Part shown: positions 1 through 8,679 of the stretch, one piece after another
Numbering within the stretch: the stretch's first letter is position 1
Layout of the letters: every line of letters begins with the position of its first letter
Assembly: GCA_965250005.1 (NCBI GenBank)
Contig: OZ252279.1
Span: 1,590,001-1,622,000, forward strand
Origin: Demequinaceae bacterium
Lineage (GTDB): Bacteria > Actinomycetota > Actinomycetes > Actinomycetales > Demequinaceae
Length of the DNA: 32,000 nucleotides
Reading direction: 5' to 3'
The notes under the pieces: model-generated
Database searches by the model: none
Seen by the model: only the letters and a program-made list of their open reading frames with translations
What the model was told of the DNA's origin: nothing
Made by a program: the position numbers and the translations under genes

Positions 1-645
1 TTCCGACCAATGGAGCAGCATGGTGGTGCCGTACACATCGAATGGCGCCAAAGTAGATGCGCGAGTGAGCCCGACTGCGGTCACGGTCTTCGATTGAGGG
101 GACTGACCCTCGTCTCCGTAGACCTGGTTCGCTAGAACTGCGACTTCGGATCCGACGCTGAGCCCCAGACTCTCGGCAACGTCAGCCGCGAGCACCACTT
201 CTCCCGCCCGCGCTGGAGCCCGGCCTGCGGCGAGGACATCGTCCCACGGAAAGCTGCCGTACACGGCTAGCGCGTCGACCGATTCGAACCTCTCCCACCC
301 GGGTTGGCTCGGGTCGCCCTGGATGCCGATCGTTCTGTACGCGACTGCGACGGCTTCGGCACCGTCAGCGTTTGCCGCGTCGACGAGCACCCGGAGGTCG
401 CGGATTTCCATAGAGTGCTCGGTTCGCTGTAGCGAGACAGGTACTTGCGCGTCCGCAATGAGCCACGCGGAGTAGGCTCTGTCGTTTGCCTCGGCGCGAT
501 CGAGATCCAGTCTGATGGAGGCGCGCGTCGCCCCCACAGTGAGAACGAATGCGAGCAAAGCGAGAAGCAGCGTCATCGTGAACGCGGTCCACCGCGTGAA
601 TACAGAGTTTGCGCGCAGTTGTTCCAGAGCGAGGGTCCAGGTCAT
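1..645 (-). CDS. ABC transporter permease, FtsX/MacB-like, N-terminal part (runs off left edge)
   Basis: Hand translation from ATG at 645 (minus) gives MTWTLALEQLRANSVFTRWTAFTMTLLLALLAFVLTVGATRASIRLDLD...LAAGRAPARAGEVVLAADVAESLGLSVGSEVAV. This is one TM helix followed by a typical MacB/FtsX extracytoplasmic motif. The frame is open to the window edge and lies directly downstream of an ABC ATPase. It is not in the supplied ORF track. Confidence 0.85.
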   Translation of the reverse strand, partial: MTWTLALEQLRANSVFTRWTAFTMTLLLALLAFVLTVGATRASIRLDLDRAEANDRAYSAWLIADAQVPVSLQRTEHSMEIRDLRVLVDAANADGAEAVAVAYRTIGIQGDPSQPGWERFESVDALAVYGSFPWDDVLAAGRAPARAGEVVLAADVAESLGLSVGSEVAVLANQVYGDEGQSPQSKTVTAVGLTRASTLAPFDVYGTTMLLHWSE

Positions 646-727
646 CGCATTCCCCCAGGGCGGGTTGGCATCAGGTTCTGGAGGGCCGTCTTCGAGATTC
701 CGCCCGCCGTCAAATGTGCGAGCCGCC

Positions 728-1504
728 TCATCGCTCGACCCCCGCTAGCGCGTCGAGCCCGGCAAGCACCGACGCAGGCGTTGGGTTGTCTATGTGCCCG
801 GCTATGCGCCCGTCGGCCAGCAGCAAGACGTTCCCTGCGTACGACGCCGCGGTGGGGTCGTGCGTCACCATAACAACCGATTGTCCAAGCTCCCTGCATG
901 CCTGCCGCAAGTGCGACAGAATCTCGGCGCTGGCGTGGGTGTCTAGGTTCCCTGTGGGTTCGTCGGCAAACACGACGTGCGGGCGTGTGATGAGTGCCCT
1001 TGCGATCGCGACGCGTTGCTGCTGGCCGCCGGACATTTCGTAGGGCTTGCGGGAGAGCTCCTTGCCGATGCCGAGCAGCGCGACAAGCTCGTCCAGCCAG
1101 GCCTCGTCCGCGTCTAGTCCGTTGAGCCTGCGTGGCAGCACGATGTTGTCGTGGGCAGACATGGTCTGGAGAAGGTTGAAGCCCTGGAATACGAAGCCGA
1201 TTGCGGTGCCATGTACCTTCGCTGCCTCCTTGTCCTTGAGCGCACTCAGGTGCGCGTCGCGGATCCACACGTCGCCCGAGTCGGCGTTGTCGAGCCCCGC
1301 AAGCAGGTGAACGAGCGTCGTCTTGCCGGACCCTGACGGGCCCATGACCGCGGTGAGTGTCCCCACGGTGACGTCGATGTCGACGTGATCCACTGCGGTG
1401 ACCGCGGCATCGCCGGATCCGTAGGTTTTGGTCAGACCGCGGGCCTTGACTGCGGGGTTCTTGGGCGACTTCTTCGCCTTTGGGTTGGATTTCTTTCTTT
1501 CCAT
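728..1504 (-). CDS. ABC transporter ATP-binding protein (LolD/MacB-type)
   Basis: Walker A GPSGSGKTT, Q-loop FVFQGFNLL, signature MSGGQQQRVAIARAL, Walker B HVVFADEPTGNLD, H-loop VMVTHD. It has a basic N-terminal extension. Confidence 0.95.
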   Translation of the reverse strand: MERKKSNPKAKKSPKNPAVKARGLTKTYGSGDAAVTAVDHVDIDVTVGTLTAVMGPSGSGKTTLVHLLAGLDNADSGDVWIRDAHLSALKDKEAAKVHGTAIGFVFQGFNLLQTMSAHDNIVLPRRLNGLDADEAWLDELVALLGIGKELSRKPYEMSGGQQQRVAIARALITRPHVVFADEPTGNLDTHASAEILSHLRQACRELGQSVVMVTHDPTAASYAGNVLLLADGRIAGHIDNPTPASVLAGLDALAGVER

Positions 1505-1609
1505 ACCGCCGACGCTATGGCGAGTAGTGCGCCGAGCGCATCGGACCGTGGCATGGAGATGGGCGATACCTGGGTATGACCAGCTCTGCGCGGGCGCGGG
1601 CGCTGACGG

Positions 1610-2272
1610 CTACGCGCTTGGGCGGACCAGCCCGGTCTCGTAGGCAATGACCACAATTTGCGCACGGTCGCGTGCGCCCAGCTTGGCGAGAATCTTGCCG
1701 ATGTGAGTCTTCACGGTGGGCTCGGCGAGGAACAGCTCCCCGCAGATTTCCGCGTTGGACAGCCCGCGCGCGATCAGGGTCAGCACCTCGCGCTCGCGGT
1801 CGGTGAGGTCCTCAAGGCTCGCGCCGTCGACCGGGCTCGGTAGGGTGCGAGAGAGCGTGTCGAGCAGGCGGCGTGTGGCCGACGGTGCGATCACCGCGTC
1901 CCCGGCGTGCACGGCGCGGACCGCCGCGAGCAGGTCCTCGGGCAGAGCGTCCTTGAGCAGGAATCCGCTCGCGCCCGCGCGGATGGCTGCCACCACGTAC
2001 TCGTCGAGGTCGAACGTGGTGAGGATGACGATGCGCGCGTCCGTGCCATCAATCAACTCGGCAGTGGCGGCGATACCATCGAGCCCTGGCATTCGAACAT
2101 CCATCAGGATGACGTCGGCGTCGGCGTCGGCGTCGGTGCCCTTGAGCTTGGTCACGGCGTCGGCTCCGTTGGCGGACTCTGCGACCACCTGCATGTCGTC
2201 CTGGCTGTCGATCACCATGCGCAGGCCAGCGCGCACCAGCTCCTGGTCATCCACGAGCGCGACGTGAATCAT
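1610..2272 (-). CDS. LuxR/NarL-family two-component response regulator
   Basis: Receiver motifs VALVDDQELVRAGL and ILMDVRMPGLDG; C-terminal LuxR HTH LTDREREVLTLIARGLSNAEICGELFLAEPTVKTHIGKILAKLGARDRAQ. Confidence 0.95.
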   Translation of the reverse strand: MIHVALVDDQELVRAGLRMVIDSQDDMQVVAESANGADAVTKLKGTDADADADVILMDVRMPGLDGIAATAELIDGTDARIVILTTFDLDEYVVAAIRAGASGFLLKDALPEDLLAAVRAVHAGDAVIAPSATRRLLDTLSRTLPSPVDGASLEDLTDREREVLTLIARGLSNAEICGELFLAEPTVKTHIGKILAKLGARDRAQIVVIAYETGLVRPSA

Positions 2273-3051
2273 CTGTCCTCCTTGGTAGCCCGCGGCGTGA
2301 GCGGCAGTGTCGCCTTGACGACGTATCCGCCACCCGCTTTAGGTCCGACTCGGAGCGTACCTCCGAACACGGTCGCGCGCTCGCGCATCCCTTCCAACCC
2401 GGTTCCGCCGCCGTCTTCCGTGGCCGCCGCGCCGCGGCCGTCGTCTGTGATCTTGGCCTCGACTGCTCCTGGGGTCCAGCGCATCTGGACGATCGCCGCC
2501 ACCTTGGGGCCGCCGTGTTTGAGCACGTTGGTGAGGGCTTCTTGGACGATTCGGTAGAGAGCGAGACCTGCGCCGATGGGCAAGGGGCGGGGGGTGCCCG
2601 TCGTCACGTAGCTGACCTCGAGGCCGCCGTCGCGGACGGAGTTGACGAGTGTCGGGATGTCGTCGAGGCTGGGCTGTGGGCCGAGGTCCACGGCGGAGTC
2701 CGTGTCGCGGAGCACGCCGAGTAGGGCGCGCATCTCGGTGAGCGCGGCCCGGCTGACCTCGCCGACAACCTCGAGCGCGCGGGTGGCGGCGGCCTTGTCC
2801 TTGCGGGCGGCGAAGCGCCCGCCGTCGGACTGCGCTACCACGACGGACAGGGTGTGCGCCACGACGTCGTGCATCTCGCGGGCGATGCGGGCCCGTTCGT
2901 CGCTGGCGGCGAGCGCCTTCTCTGCCGCGGACTGCGCGGCATCGGCCTCGCGGTCGCTGGCGGCTCGGCGTGCGGCGCGCCCCCACTGCCACGCGAAGAA
3001 TCCCGCCGCGGCCGTGGACGCGCCGGCGATCATCCAGGCGAGTGTCTCCAT
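2269..3051 (-). CDS. Sensor histidine kinase (HisKA_3 type), short form with one apparent TM segment
   Basis: ERARIAREMHDVVAHTLSVVV phosphoacceptor region; HATPase motifs DDGRGAAATEDGGGTGLEGMRERA; 4-nt overlap with the response regulator. Confidence 0.92.
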   Translation of the reverse strand: METLAWMIAGASTAAAGFFAWQWGRAARRAASDREADAAQSAAEKALAASDERARIAREMHDVVAHTLSVVVAQSDGGRFAARKDKAAATRALEVVGEVSRAALTEMRALLGVLRDTDSAVDLGPQPSLDDIPTLVNSVRDGGLEVSYVTTGTPRPLPIGAGLALYRIVQEALTNVLKHGGPKVAAIVQMRWTPGAVEAKITDDGRGAAATEDGGGTGLEGMRERATVFGGTLRVGPKAGGGYVVKATLPLTPRATKEDR

Positions 3052-3077
3052 GGGCTCACGTTAGCGCCGAGCGCCTG

Positions 3078-3698
3078 CTACGGCACCCGGATGTAGACGT
3101 ACTCCCACTGCCATAAGGGCCGGAACTGGATTGTGGCACCCGCGTGGGGCGAGTCGATCTGCATGCCGTTCCCGGCATAGATACCCACGTGACCGGGGGT
3201 GAGCACGAGGTCGCCGGGAAGCGCGTCCTCCGCAGAGATGCGGACCCCGAAGTTCCAGTAGGCGGAAGAGCTGCGCGGCACGGTGACGCCGAGCTGCTTG
3301 AAGACGTAGGAGGTGAAGCCACTGCAGTCGAAGCCGGCAGGCGTCGATCCCGCCCAGAGGTACGGCGTGCCAACGTACTTGGCGGCCTCAGCCATGACCG
3401 CTTCCGGGTCGAGCCGGGGCGGGGGCGCGTTTGTAGCGGTGGCACGGACACTCGCGACGGGCTCCGCTACCTCGACGCCGGGTGCGTCGAACGAGAAGTC
3501 CGCTTCGGCTGGTGCCGCGATTGGGGCGGCGAGGGGCTCCGCGTGGGCGACAACCGCCGCGTACGCGGACGACGTATCCGTGGGGGTGGATTCCGTGCCG
3601 TCCACGGCGCTCGCGAGCGCGGCCGACGAGATTCCGAGTATCGCTAGAGCGCGCACAGCCAGTACGTGTGGGCGCTCGCGCCGGATAGCCAACTTCAC
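3078..3698 (-). CDS. NlpC/P60 family (C40) secreted cell-wall hydrolase
   Basis: YLWAGSTPAGFDCSGFTSYVFKQLGVTVPRSS...LPGDLVLTPGHVGIYAGNG contains the catalytic Cys and His motifs; N-terminal signal-like region; GTG start. Confidence 0.92.
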   Translation of the reverse strand: MKLAIRRERPHVLAVRALAILGISSAALASAVDGTESTPTDTSSAYAAVVAHAEPLAAPIAAPAEADFSFDAPGVEVAEPVASVRATATNAPPPRLDPEAVMAEAAKYVGTPYLWAGSTPAGFDCSGFTSYVFKQLGVTVPRSSSAYWNFGVRISAEDALPGDLVLTPGHVGIYAGNGMQIDSPHAGATIQFRPLWQWEYVYIRVP

Positions 3699-3793
3699 AG
3701 GATCTTGCCTCGCAGCGGGTTGTCGCTAGTGGTCTACATCGCTCAAACGCGCGGCGCTTCCGAGGGGTTCCGTGGTGCGGGCGGGCGAGCCCG

Positions 3794-5080
3794 TTAGTCG
3801 CCAGGGTTGAGGACGCGGCCGAGGAACAGCACCGCGCCGGTCGACTCGTCACGCACGAGGTAGAGGAATGGTCTGTCGGCGCGGATCTCGAAGTCTGGGG
3901 GCGCGGGCATACTTGTTAGTTCGATGGTGATCGCGGTGGCAGCGGCAGCCTCGGTCCCGTTCTCGTCCACGCGGATTTCGGCAGCGTGGATCGCCCGGTC
4001 CACCGCGAGATTGGGTCCGATGCCGCCGAGGTCCTCGACATCGAACAGGCCGGTCACGCCCAAGTCCCCTTCGATGACGTCGCCAAGATCAATGCTGGAC
4101 CCTGACTCGAAGGAGGGCAGGTAGAGCGTGAGGTGTGAATCGGCGAGCGAAGCGTCGACGGAGGCCACGAACTCGGTGCCAAGCGACCGTTCGATCGCGG
4201 CGTAGTTGCCTGCGTCGGGGACGATGACCAGCATCGAGAGGTCTCCGCCTGCGTAAGGGAGCTCGACCGCGGAGTAGCCGTCCGCGACCACGGCATCGGC
4301 CAGCAGGTTGCCCTCGTGCATGAGATCCACGGTGGTGGTGCTGCCGTCGAGCCGGGTGAAGTCGGCCGGGGCCGTGTCGGCGGCGTCGAAGGTGGTCTGC
4401 CAGTCGGCGAGTATGTAGATCGCGTTCACGAGCACCAGGACTGTGTCGGCGTGGATAGCGCCATCTGGAAGCAACTCGGGGATGAGTCCCTCGGTCCGCC
4501 CGTCCACCCAGCGGTTGACTTCTCCGCGGGCGCCGCCGGGGTCGCCGCGCATGTCGAGAGGCTCGATGCCCGCGCCGAACCAGCGCGCGAGATTCTCGGG
4601 ATAGCTAGGCAGCGGCTCGAATTCTTTGTCTTGAAACAAGCGGTTCGCGATCCGGATGATCGGCGCCTGCGGGTACCAGCCGTCATCCTCGGGATCGAGC
4701 TCAAGGCGCGGTGGATCAGGTTCGGTCTCCACGCCTTGGGTGAGGGCATTGAATGCGGACCAGCGGGCCTCGCCCTCTCCGGGGAAGCCGAAAAGCTTCT
4801 CGAGCGCCTGGGAGACGCTGCCGGTCGCGCCCACGTCGAGCATGCCGAACGCAGTGCCGATTGACAGTGGCGAAAGGACCACGTCACCGTCCTCGGTGGC
4901 GGCGACGGCGTGGAAGATGTCGTATCCGGTCGCGTTGATCACGTCCGCGAGCGGGGGCGCCTCGACGGTGTTTGGGGCGGGGCGTGCGACGTCGGGGTCC
5001 TCGTAGCCGGGCGCCGCGCAGGACGCGAGCAAAAAGGTTGCGGCAGCAAACGATGCAGCAGCGCGAGCGGAGTGGTTCAT
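3794..5080 (-). CDS. Serpin family lipoprotein (serine protease inhibitor fold)
   Basis: Lipoprotein signal [21 protein letters not shown]; [11 protein letters not shown]...[16 protein letters not shown]; hinge and reactive loop [18 protein letters not shown]; C-terminal [25 protein letters not shown]. The start is trimmed from the 5110 ORF start to the ATG at 5080. Confidence 0.93.
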   Translation of the reverse strand: MNHSARAAASFAAATFLLASCAAPGYEDPDVARPAPNTVEAPPLADVINATGYDIFHAVAATEDGDVVLSPLSIGTAFGMLDVGATGSVSQALEKLFGFPGEGEARWSAFNALTQGVETEPDPPRLELDPEDDGWYPQAPIIRIANRLFQDKEFEPLPSYPENLARWFGAGIEPLDMRGDPGGARGEVNRWVDGRTEGLIPELLPDGAIHADTVLVLVNAIYILADWQTTFDAADTAPADFTRLDGSTTTVDLMHEGNLLADAVVADGYSAVELPYAGGDLSMLVIVPDAGNYAAIERSLGTEFVASVDASLADSHLTLYLPSFESGSSIDLGDVIEGDLGVTGLFDVEDLGGIGPNLAVDRAIHAAEIRVDENGTEAAAATAITIELTSMPAPPDFEIRADRPFLYLVRDESTGAVLFLGRVLNPGD

Positions 5081-5092
5081 GTCTGGCCCTCT

Positions 5093-5122
5093 CAATGTTC
5101 TATCAATCAATGTTCTATCAAC
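5093..5122. repeat. Two tandem 15-bp repeats CAATGTTCTATCAAT / CAATGTTCTATCAAC
   Basis: Read directly: 5093-5107 and 5108-5122, differing only at the last base. They lie 13 bp upstream of the serpin start codon. Confidence 0.85.
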
Positions 5123-5240
5123 AAGACGAACACCAAGAGCAAACCGTTGCCTTTCGTGTTCCCCGGTGCGCTGGCCTCAGGTTTGCGCTCGCCCCGGTAA
5201 TCTTGTCCCGTACCCGCTGGCCACCACTTCCAGGGACCCG

Positions 5241-7541
5241 ATGACCCCCAACGCAGCACAAGCCCTCGACACAGTCGAGAACGCCGCAGCCACCCCTGAC
5301 CAGGACATGCCCTGGGCGGAACTCGGCATGAAGGACTTCGAGTACGCGGAGGTGGTCAACGTCCTCGGCCGCCGCCCCACCGCGGGCGAGCTCGCCATGT
5401 ACTCCGTCATGTGGTCCGAGCACTGCTCCTACAAGTCCTCCAAGCCGCACCTTGCCCAGTTTGGCGACAAACTCACGGACAAGATGCGCGAGAAGCTGAT
5501 GGTGGGCATCGGCGAGAACGCCGGCGTCGTGGACATTGGCGACGATTGGGCCGTCACTTTCAAGGTTGAGTCACACAACCACCCCAGCTACGTGGAGCCG
5601 TATCAGGGTGCCGCGACCGGCGTGGGCGGCATAGTCCGCGACATTCTTGCCATGGGCGCGCGACCCATCGCCGTCATGGATGAGCTGCGCTTTGGCGACA
5701 TCGACCATCCCGACACCGCGCGCGTGGTGCACGGCGTGGTGAGCGGCGTGGGCGGTTACGGCAACTCGCTCGGCCTGCCGAACATCGGCGGCGGCGCAAT
5801 CTTCGACAAGAGTTACCAGGGCAACCCGCTGGTCAACGCCTTGTGCGTGGGCGCCATGAAGCATGCCGACATCCACCTGGCCAACGCCTCGGGCGTAGGC
5901 AACAAGGTGGTCTTGTTTGGTGCGCGGACGGGCGGCGACGGCATCGGCGGCGTATCCGTGCTCGCTTCCGAAACGTTCGACAAAGGCGGCCCGACCAAAC
6001 GGCCCAGCGTCCAGGTGGGAGACCCGTTCGCCGAGAAGGTGCTCATTGAGTGCTGCCTCGAGCTGTTCCACGCGGGAGTAGTCGAAGGTATCCAGGATCT
6101 CGGCGGCGCGGGTCTCAGCTGCGCGACGTCAGAACTGGCAAGCGCAGGCGACGGCGGCATGCACGTGGACCTCGACCTTGTGCCACTGCGCGACCCGTCG
6201 CTGCGCGCCGAAGAGATCCTGATGTCCGAGTCGCAAGAGCGCATGATGGCCGTCGTCACTCCCGAAGATTTGGACGCTTTTCTCGCGATCACCAAGAAGT
6301 GGGACGTCGAGACCGCCGTACTGGGCGAGGTCACCGACACTGGCCGCCTGGTCATCGACTTCAAGGGCGAGACCGTGGTGGACGTTCCGCCGCGCACCGT
6401 CGCGCACGACTGCCCCGTCTACGACCGCCCGTTCACCCGCCCGGAATGGATGGACGCGCTCCAGGCCGATACGGCCGCCTCCCTCGAGCTTCCGGCCGAC
6501 GGCGACGCACTCCGCGAGACGCTGCTCGCGCTGCTGGGCTCCCCTAACCTATCGAGCCGCGAGTGGATCACCAACCAGTACGACCGCTACGTGCAGGGCA
6601 ACACCGCCATGGCCCGCCCGGACGCGTGCGGCGTGGTCCGCGTGGACGAGGAGACCGGCCGCGGCGTGGCCGTCGCCACCCGCGCCAACGACCGCTTCAC
6701 CAAACTTGACCCCTACAAGGGCGCGGAGCAGGCCGTCGCAGCCGCGTACCGCGGCGTCGCGATCGCGGGCGCGGACCCGCTCGCTATAACCGACTGCCTC
6801 AACTTTGGCAGCCCCGAAGACCCGGACTCCATGTGGCAGTTTGCCCAAGCGGTGCGCGGCATCGCCGACTCCTGCAAGACCCTCGCCGTCCCCGTCACCG
6901 GCGGCAACGTCAGCCTCTACAACGGCACCGGCGAGCCCGGCCAGATCGACTCGAGCATCAACCCCACCCCCGTTGTCGGCATCCTTGGGGTCTTCGACGA
7001 CGTCGCCCGTGCCACGCCCTCGGGCTGGCGAGACGAGGGACTAGCGCTGTGGCTCATCGGCGAGACTCGTGCGGAGTTGGATGGATCGCAGTTCGCGGCG
7101 CTATCCGGACACCTGGGTGGCATCCCGCCGGTAATAGACCTGGCCACCGAGATCACTCTCGCCCAGATCATGGTCGCCGCGTCCCGGGACGGCCTGATCG
7201 ACGCTGCACGCGACGTGAGCGAGGGAGGTCTGGCCACCGCCGTTGCGCTCGGTTCGCTGCGCTACGGCGTAGGTGCCCGCATCGTGCTTGACGAGATCTG
7301 CGAGCGCGACGGAATCACGCCGGCCCACGCGCTCCTGAGTGAGTCGCAGGGGCGCGTGCTGTGCGCGGTCCCGCGCACTGAGGAGCAGCGCTTCCAGGAC
7401 ATGCTCGCGGCCCGCGGCGTGGCGGCGGCGCGCATCGGCGCTACTGGCGGAGAGCAGATCGACATACAGGACCAGTTCACCCTGACGCTCGCGGACGCTC
7501 GCGAGACCCACGAGTCGCTGCTGCCAAAGAAGTTCGGTTAG
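5241..7541 (+). CDS. purL: Phosphoribosylformylglycinamidine synthase subunit PurL (small, PurS/Q-dependent type)
   Basis: [71 protein letters not shown]...[29 protein letters not shown]...[10 protein letters not shown]...[11 protein letters not shown]. About 766 aa. The ORF-track start at 5079 is upstream of the likely ATG at 5241. Confidence 0.97.
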   Translation: MTPNAAQALDTVENAAATPDQDMPWAELGMKDFEYAEVVNVLGRRPTAGELAMYSVMWSEHCSYKSSKPHLAQFGDKLTDKMREKLMVGIGENAGVVDIGDDWAVTFKVESHNHPSYVEPYQGAATGVGGIVRDILAMGARPIAVMDELRFGDIDHPDTARVVHGVVSGVGGYGNSLGLPNIGGGAIFDKSYQGNPLVNALCVGAMKHADIHLANASGVGNKVVLFGARTGGDGIGGVSVLASETFDKGGPTKRPSVQVGDPFAEKVLIECCLELFHAGVVEGIQDLGGAGLSCATSELASAGDGGMHVDLDLVPLRDPSLRAEEILMSESQERMMAVVTPEDLDAFLAITKKWDVETAVLGEVTDTGRLVIDFKGETVVDVPPRTVAHDCPVYDRPFTRPEWMDALQADTAASLELPADGDALRETLLALLGSPNLSSREWITNQYDRYVQGNTAMARPDACGVVRVDEETGRGVAVATRANDRFTKLDPYKGAEQAVAAAYRGVAIAGADPLAITDCLNFGSPEDPDSMWQFAQAVRGIADSCKTLAVPVTGGNVSLYNGTGEPGQIDSSINPTPVVGILGVFDDVARATPSGWRDEGLALWLIGETRAELDGSQFAALSGHLGGIPPVIDLATEITLAQIMVAASRDGLIDAARDVSEGGLATAVALGSLRYGVGARIVLDEICERDGITPAHALLSESQGRVLCAVPRTEEQRFQDMLAARGVAAARIGATGGEQIDIQDQFTLTLADARETHESLLPKKFG

Positions 7542-7918
7542 TGGCTGCGCGCCGTCGGGTTGAGACGTCGGCCGGGCAGATCGCGGTCGCGCTGTGGCTC
7601 GCGGGAGACCACAGCCACGAGAACGTCGCGACCGCCGTGCGTTACACGCTCGAGGAACTGGCCGTTGAGGCGCCGGGAAACGCGCTCGAAGTTCGCGTCC
7701 CCCCGCACGGAGTCACGCAATGCCTGGAGGGCCCGAGGCACACACGCGGGACCCCACCAGGCGTGGTCGAGACTGACGCGCAGACGTGGCTCGAGTTGGC
7801 AGCTGGCTCGCTTTCTTGGGAAGAGGCGGTTGCCGAGAACCGCGTCATCGCGTCGGGCGAGCGCGCGGACTTGTCTCACGTGCTCCCCCTACCGCGCATC
7901 GGCGTCGATCCCGTCTAG
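7541..7918 (+). CDS. Sterol carrier-like family protein (actinobacterial)
   Basis: NALEVRVPPHGVTQCLEGPRHTRGTPPGVVETDAQTWLELAAGSLSWEEAVAENRVIASGERADLSHVLPL matches the small protein found near purF in other actinobacteria. GTG start overlaps the purL stop by 1 nt. Confidence 0.85.
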   Translation: MAARRRVETSAGQIAVALWLAGDHSHENVATAVRYTLEELAVEAPGNALEVRVPPHGVTQCLEGPRHTRGTPPGVVETDAQTWLELAAGSLSWEEAVAENRVIASGERADLSHVLPLPRIGVDPV

Positions 7919-7995
7919 CGTCGCGGCCCGGCCATGATCGGCGCCGTGCGAAGGTGCCGTGCGGCGCGCACGTATAACGGCCTAGACTGTGTTCC

Positions 7996-8679
7996 GTGAG
8001 CGACGCAAAGGCAAAAGACGCGGCTCCTTCGCCGGATGACCTCAGGCAAATGGCTATCCCAGCGATCGTCCGCCGAGCACCCCGGTTTGTGCGGATCATC
8101 GGAATCGGCGCGGCGCTTGGCGTCCTGTTAGGCGTGGGTCTTGCGCTGCTATCGCCGGGTCGAGGAGCGGAGCATCGGACCGTTGTCGCGGTGCTCGTGG
8201 CGTTTGGGTTTGGGATAATCGGCGCGATGGTTGCGGGAGCAATTGCTACGCGCAACTCGCAAGACCGAAACCCTGCGCGAATCGGCGGCGTATTTGGCGC
8301 AGCAGCAGGTGCAGTTCTGACGCTTGTGCTTCCTGGCGACTTCAATCGGAATCGCATCCTAATCTCGATCGTTGTGGTCGTGGGGTTCGGCATCTTTGGC
8401 GCCATCTTCGGCGCCACGAGCGTGCCCAAACGGCCATCCGGTACCCACGTCGCGACAGCCTCCAAGCCCGCGAACGTGTCGAAGAAGCCCGCCGCGAAGA
8501 AGCCCGCCGCGAAGAAGCCCGCCGCGAAGAAGCCCGCCGCGAAGAAGCCCGCCGCGAAGAAGCCCGCCGCGAAGAAGCCCGCCGCGAAGAAGCCCGCCGC
8601 GAAGAAGCCCGCCGCGAAGAAGCCCGCCGCGAAGAAGCCGGCGGCCAAGAGCAAGCCCCGCGCGCCCAAGGCTCCCTAG
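7996..8679 (+). CDS. Membrane protein with C-terminal lysine-rich (KKPAA)n tail
   Basis: Four hydrophobic segments (e.g. IIGIGAALGVLLGVGLALL, TVVAVLVAFGFGIIGAMVAG) followed by VSKKPAAKKPAA...KSKPRAPKAP. Confidence 0.85.
   Translation: MSDAKAKDAAPSPDDLRQMAIPAIVRRAPRFVRIIGIGAALGVLLGVGLALLSPGRGAEHRTVVAVLVAFGFGIIGAMVAGAIATRNSQDRNPARIGGVFGAAAGAVLTLVLPGDFNRNRILISIVVVVGFGIFGAIFGATSVPKRPSGTHVATASKPANVSKKPAAKKPAAKKPAAKKPAAKKPAAKKPAAKKPAAKKPAAKKPAAKKPAAKKPAAKSKPRAPKAP
8481..8645 (+). repeat. Tandem repeat of 15-bp unit GAAGAAGCCCGCCGC, 11 units (10 perfect, last one variant), encoding (KKPAA)11
   Basis: Unit starts at 8481, 8496, 8511 ... 8631, read directly from the sequence. Confidence 0.95.

Noticed and set aside
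7845-8669. Minus-strand ORF with (FFAAG)n repeat, 274 aa
   Set aside because: It is the antisense image of the KKPAA minisatellite; the plus-strand frame has TM domains and fits coupled gene order.
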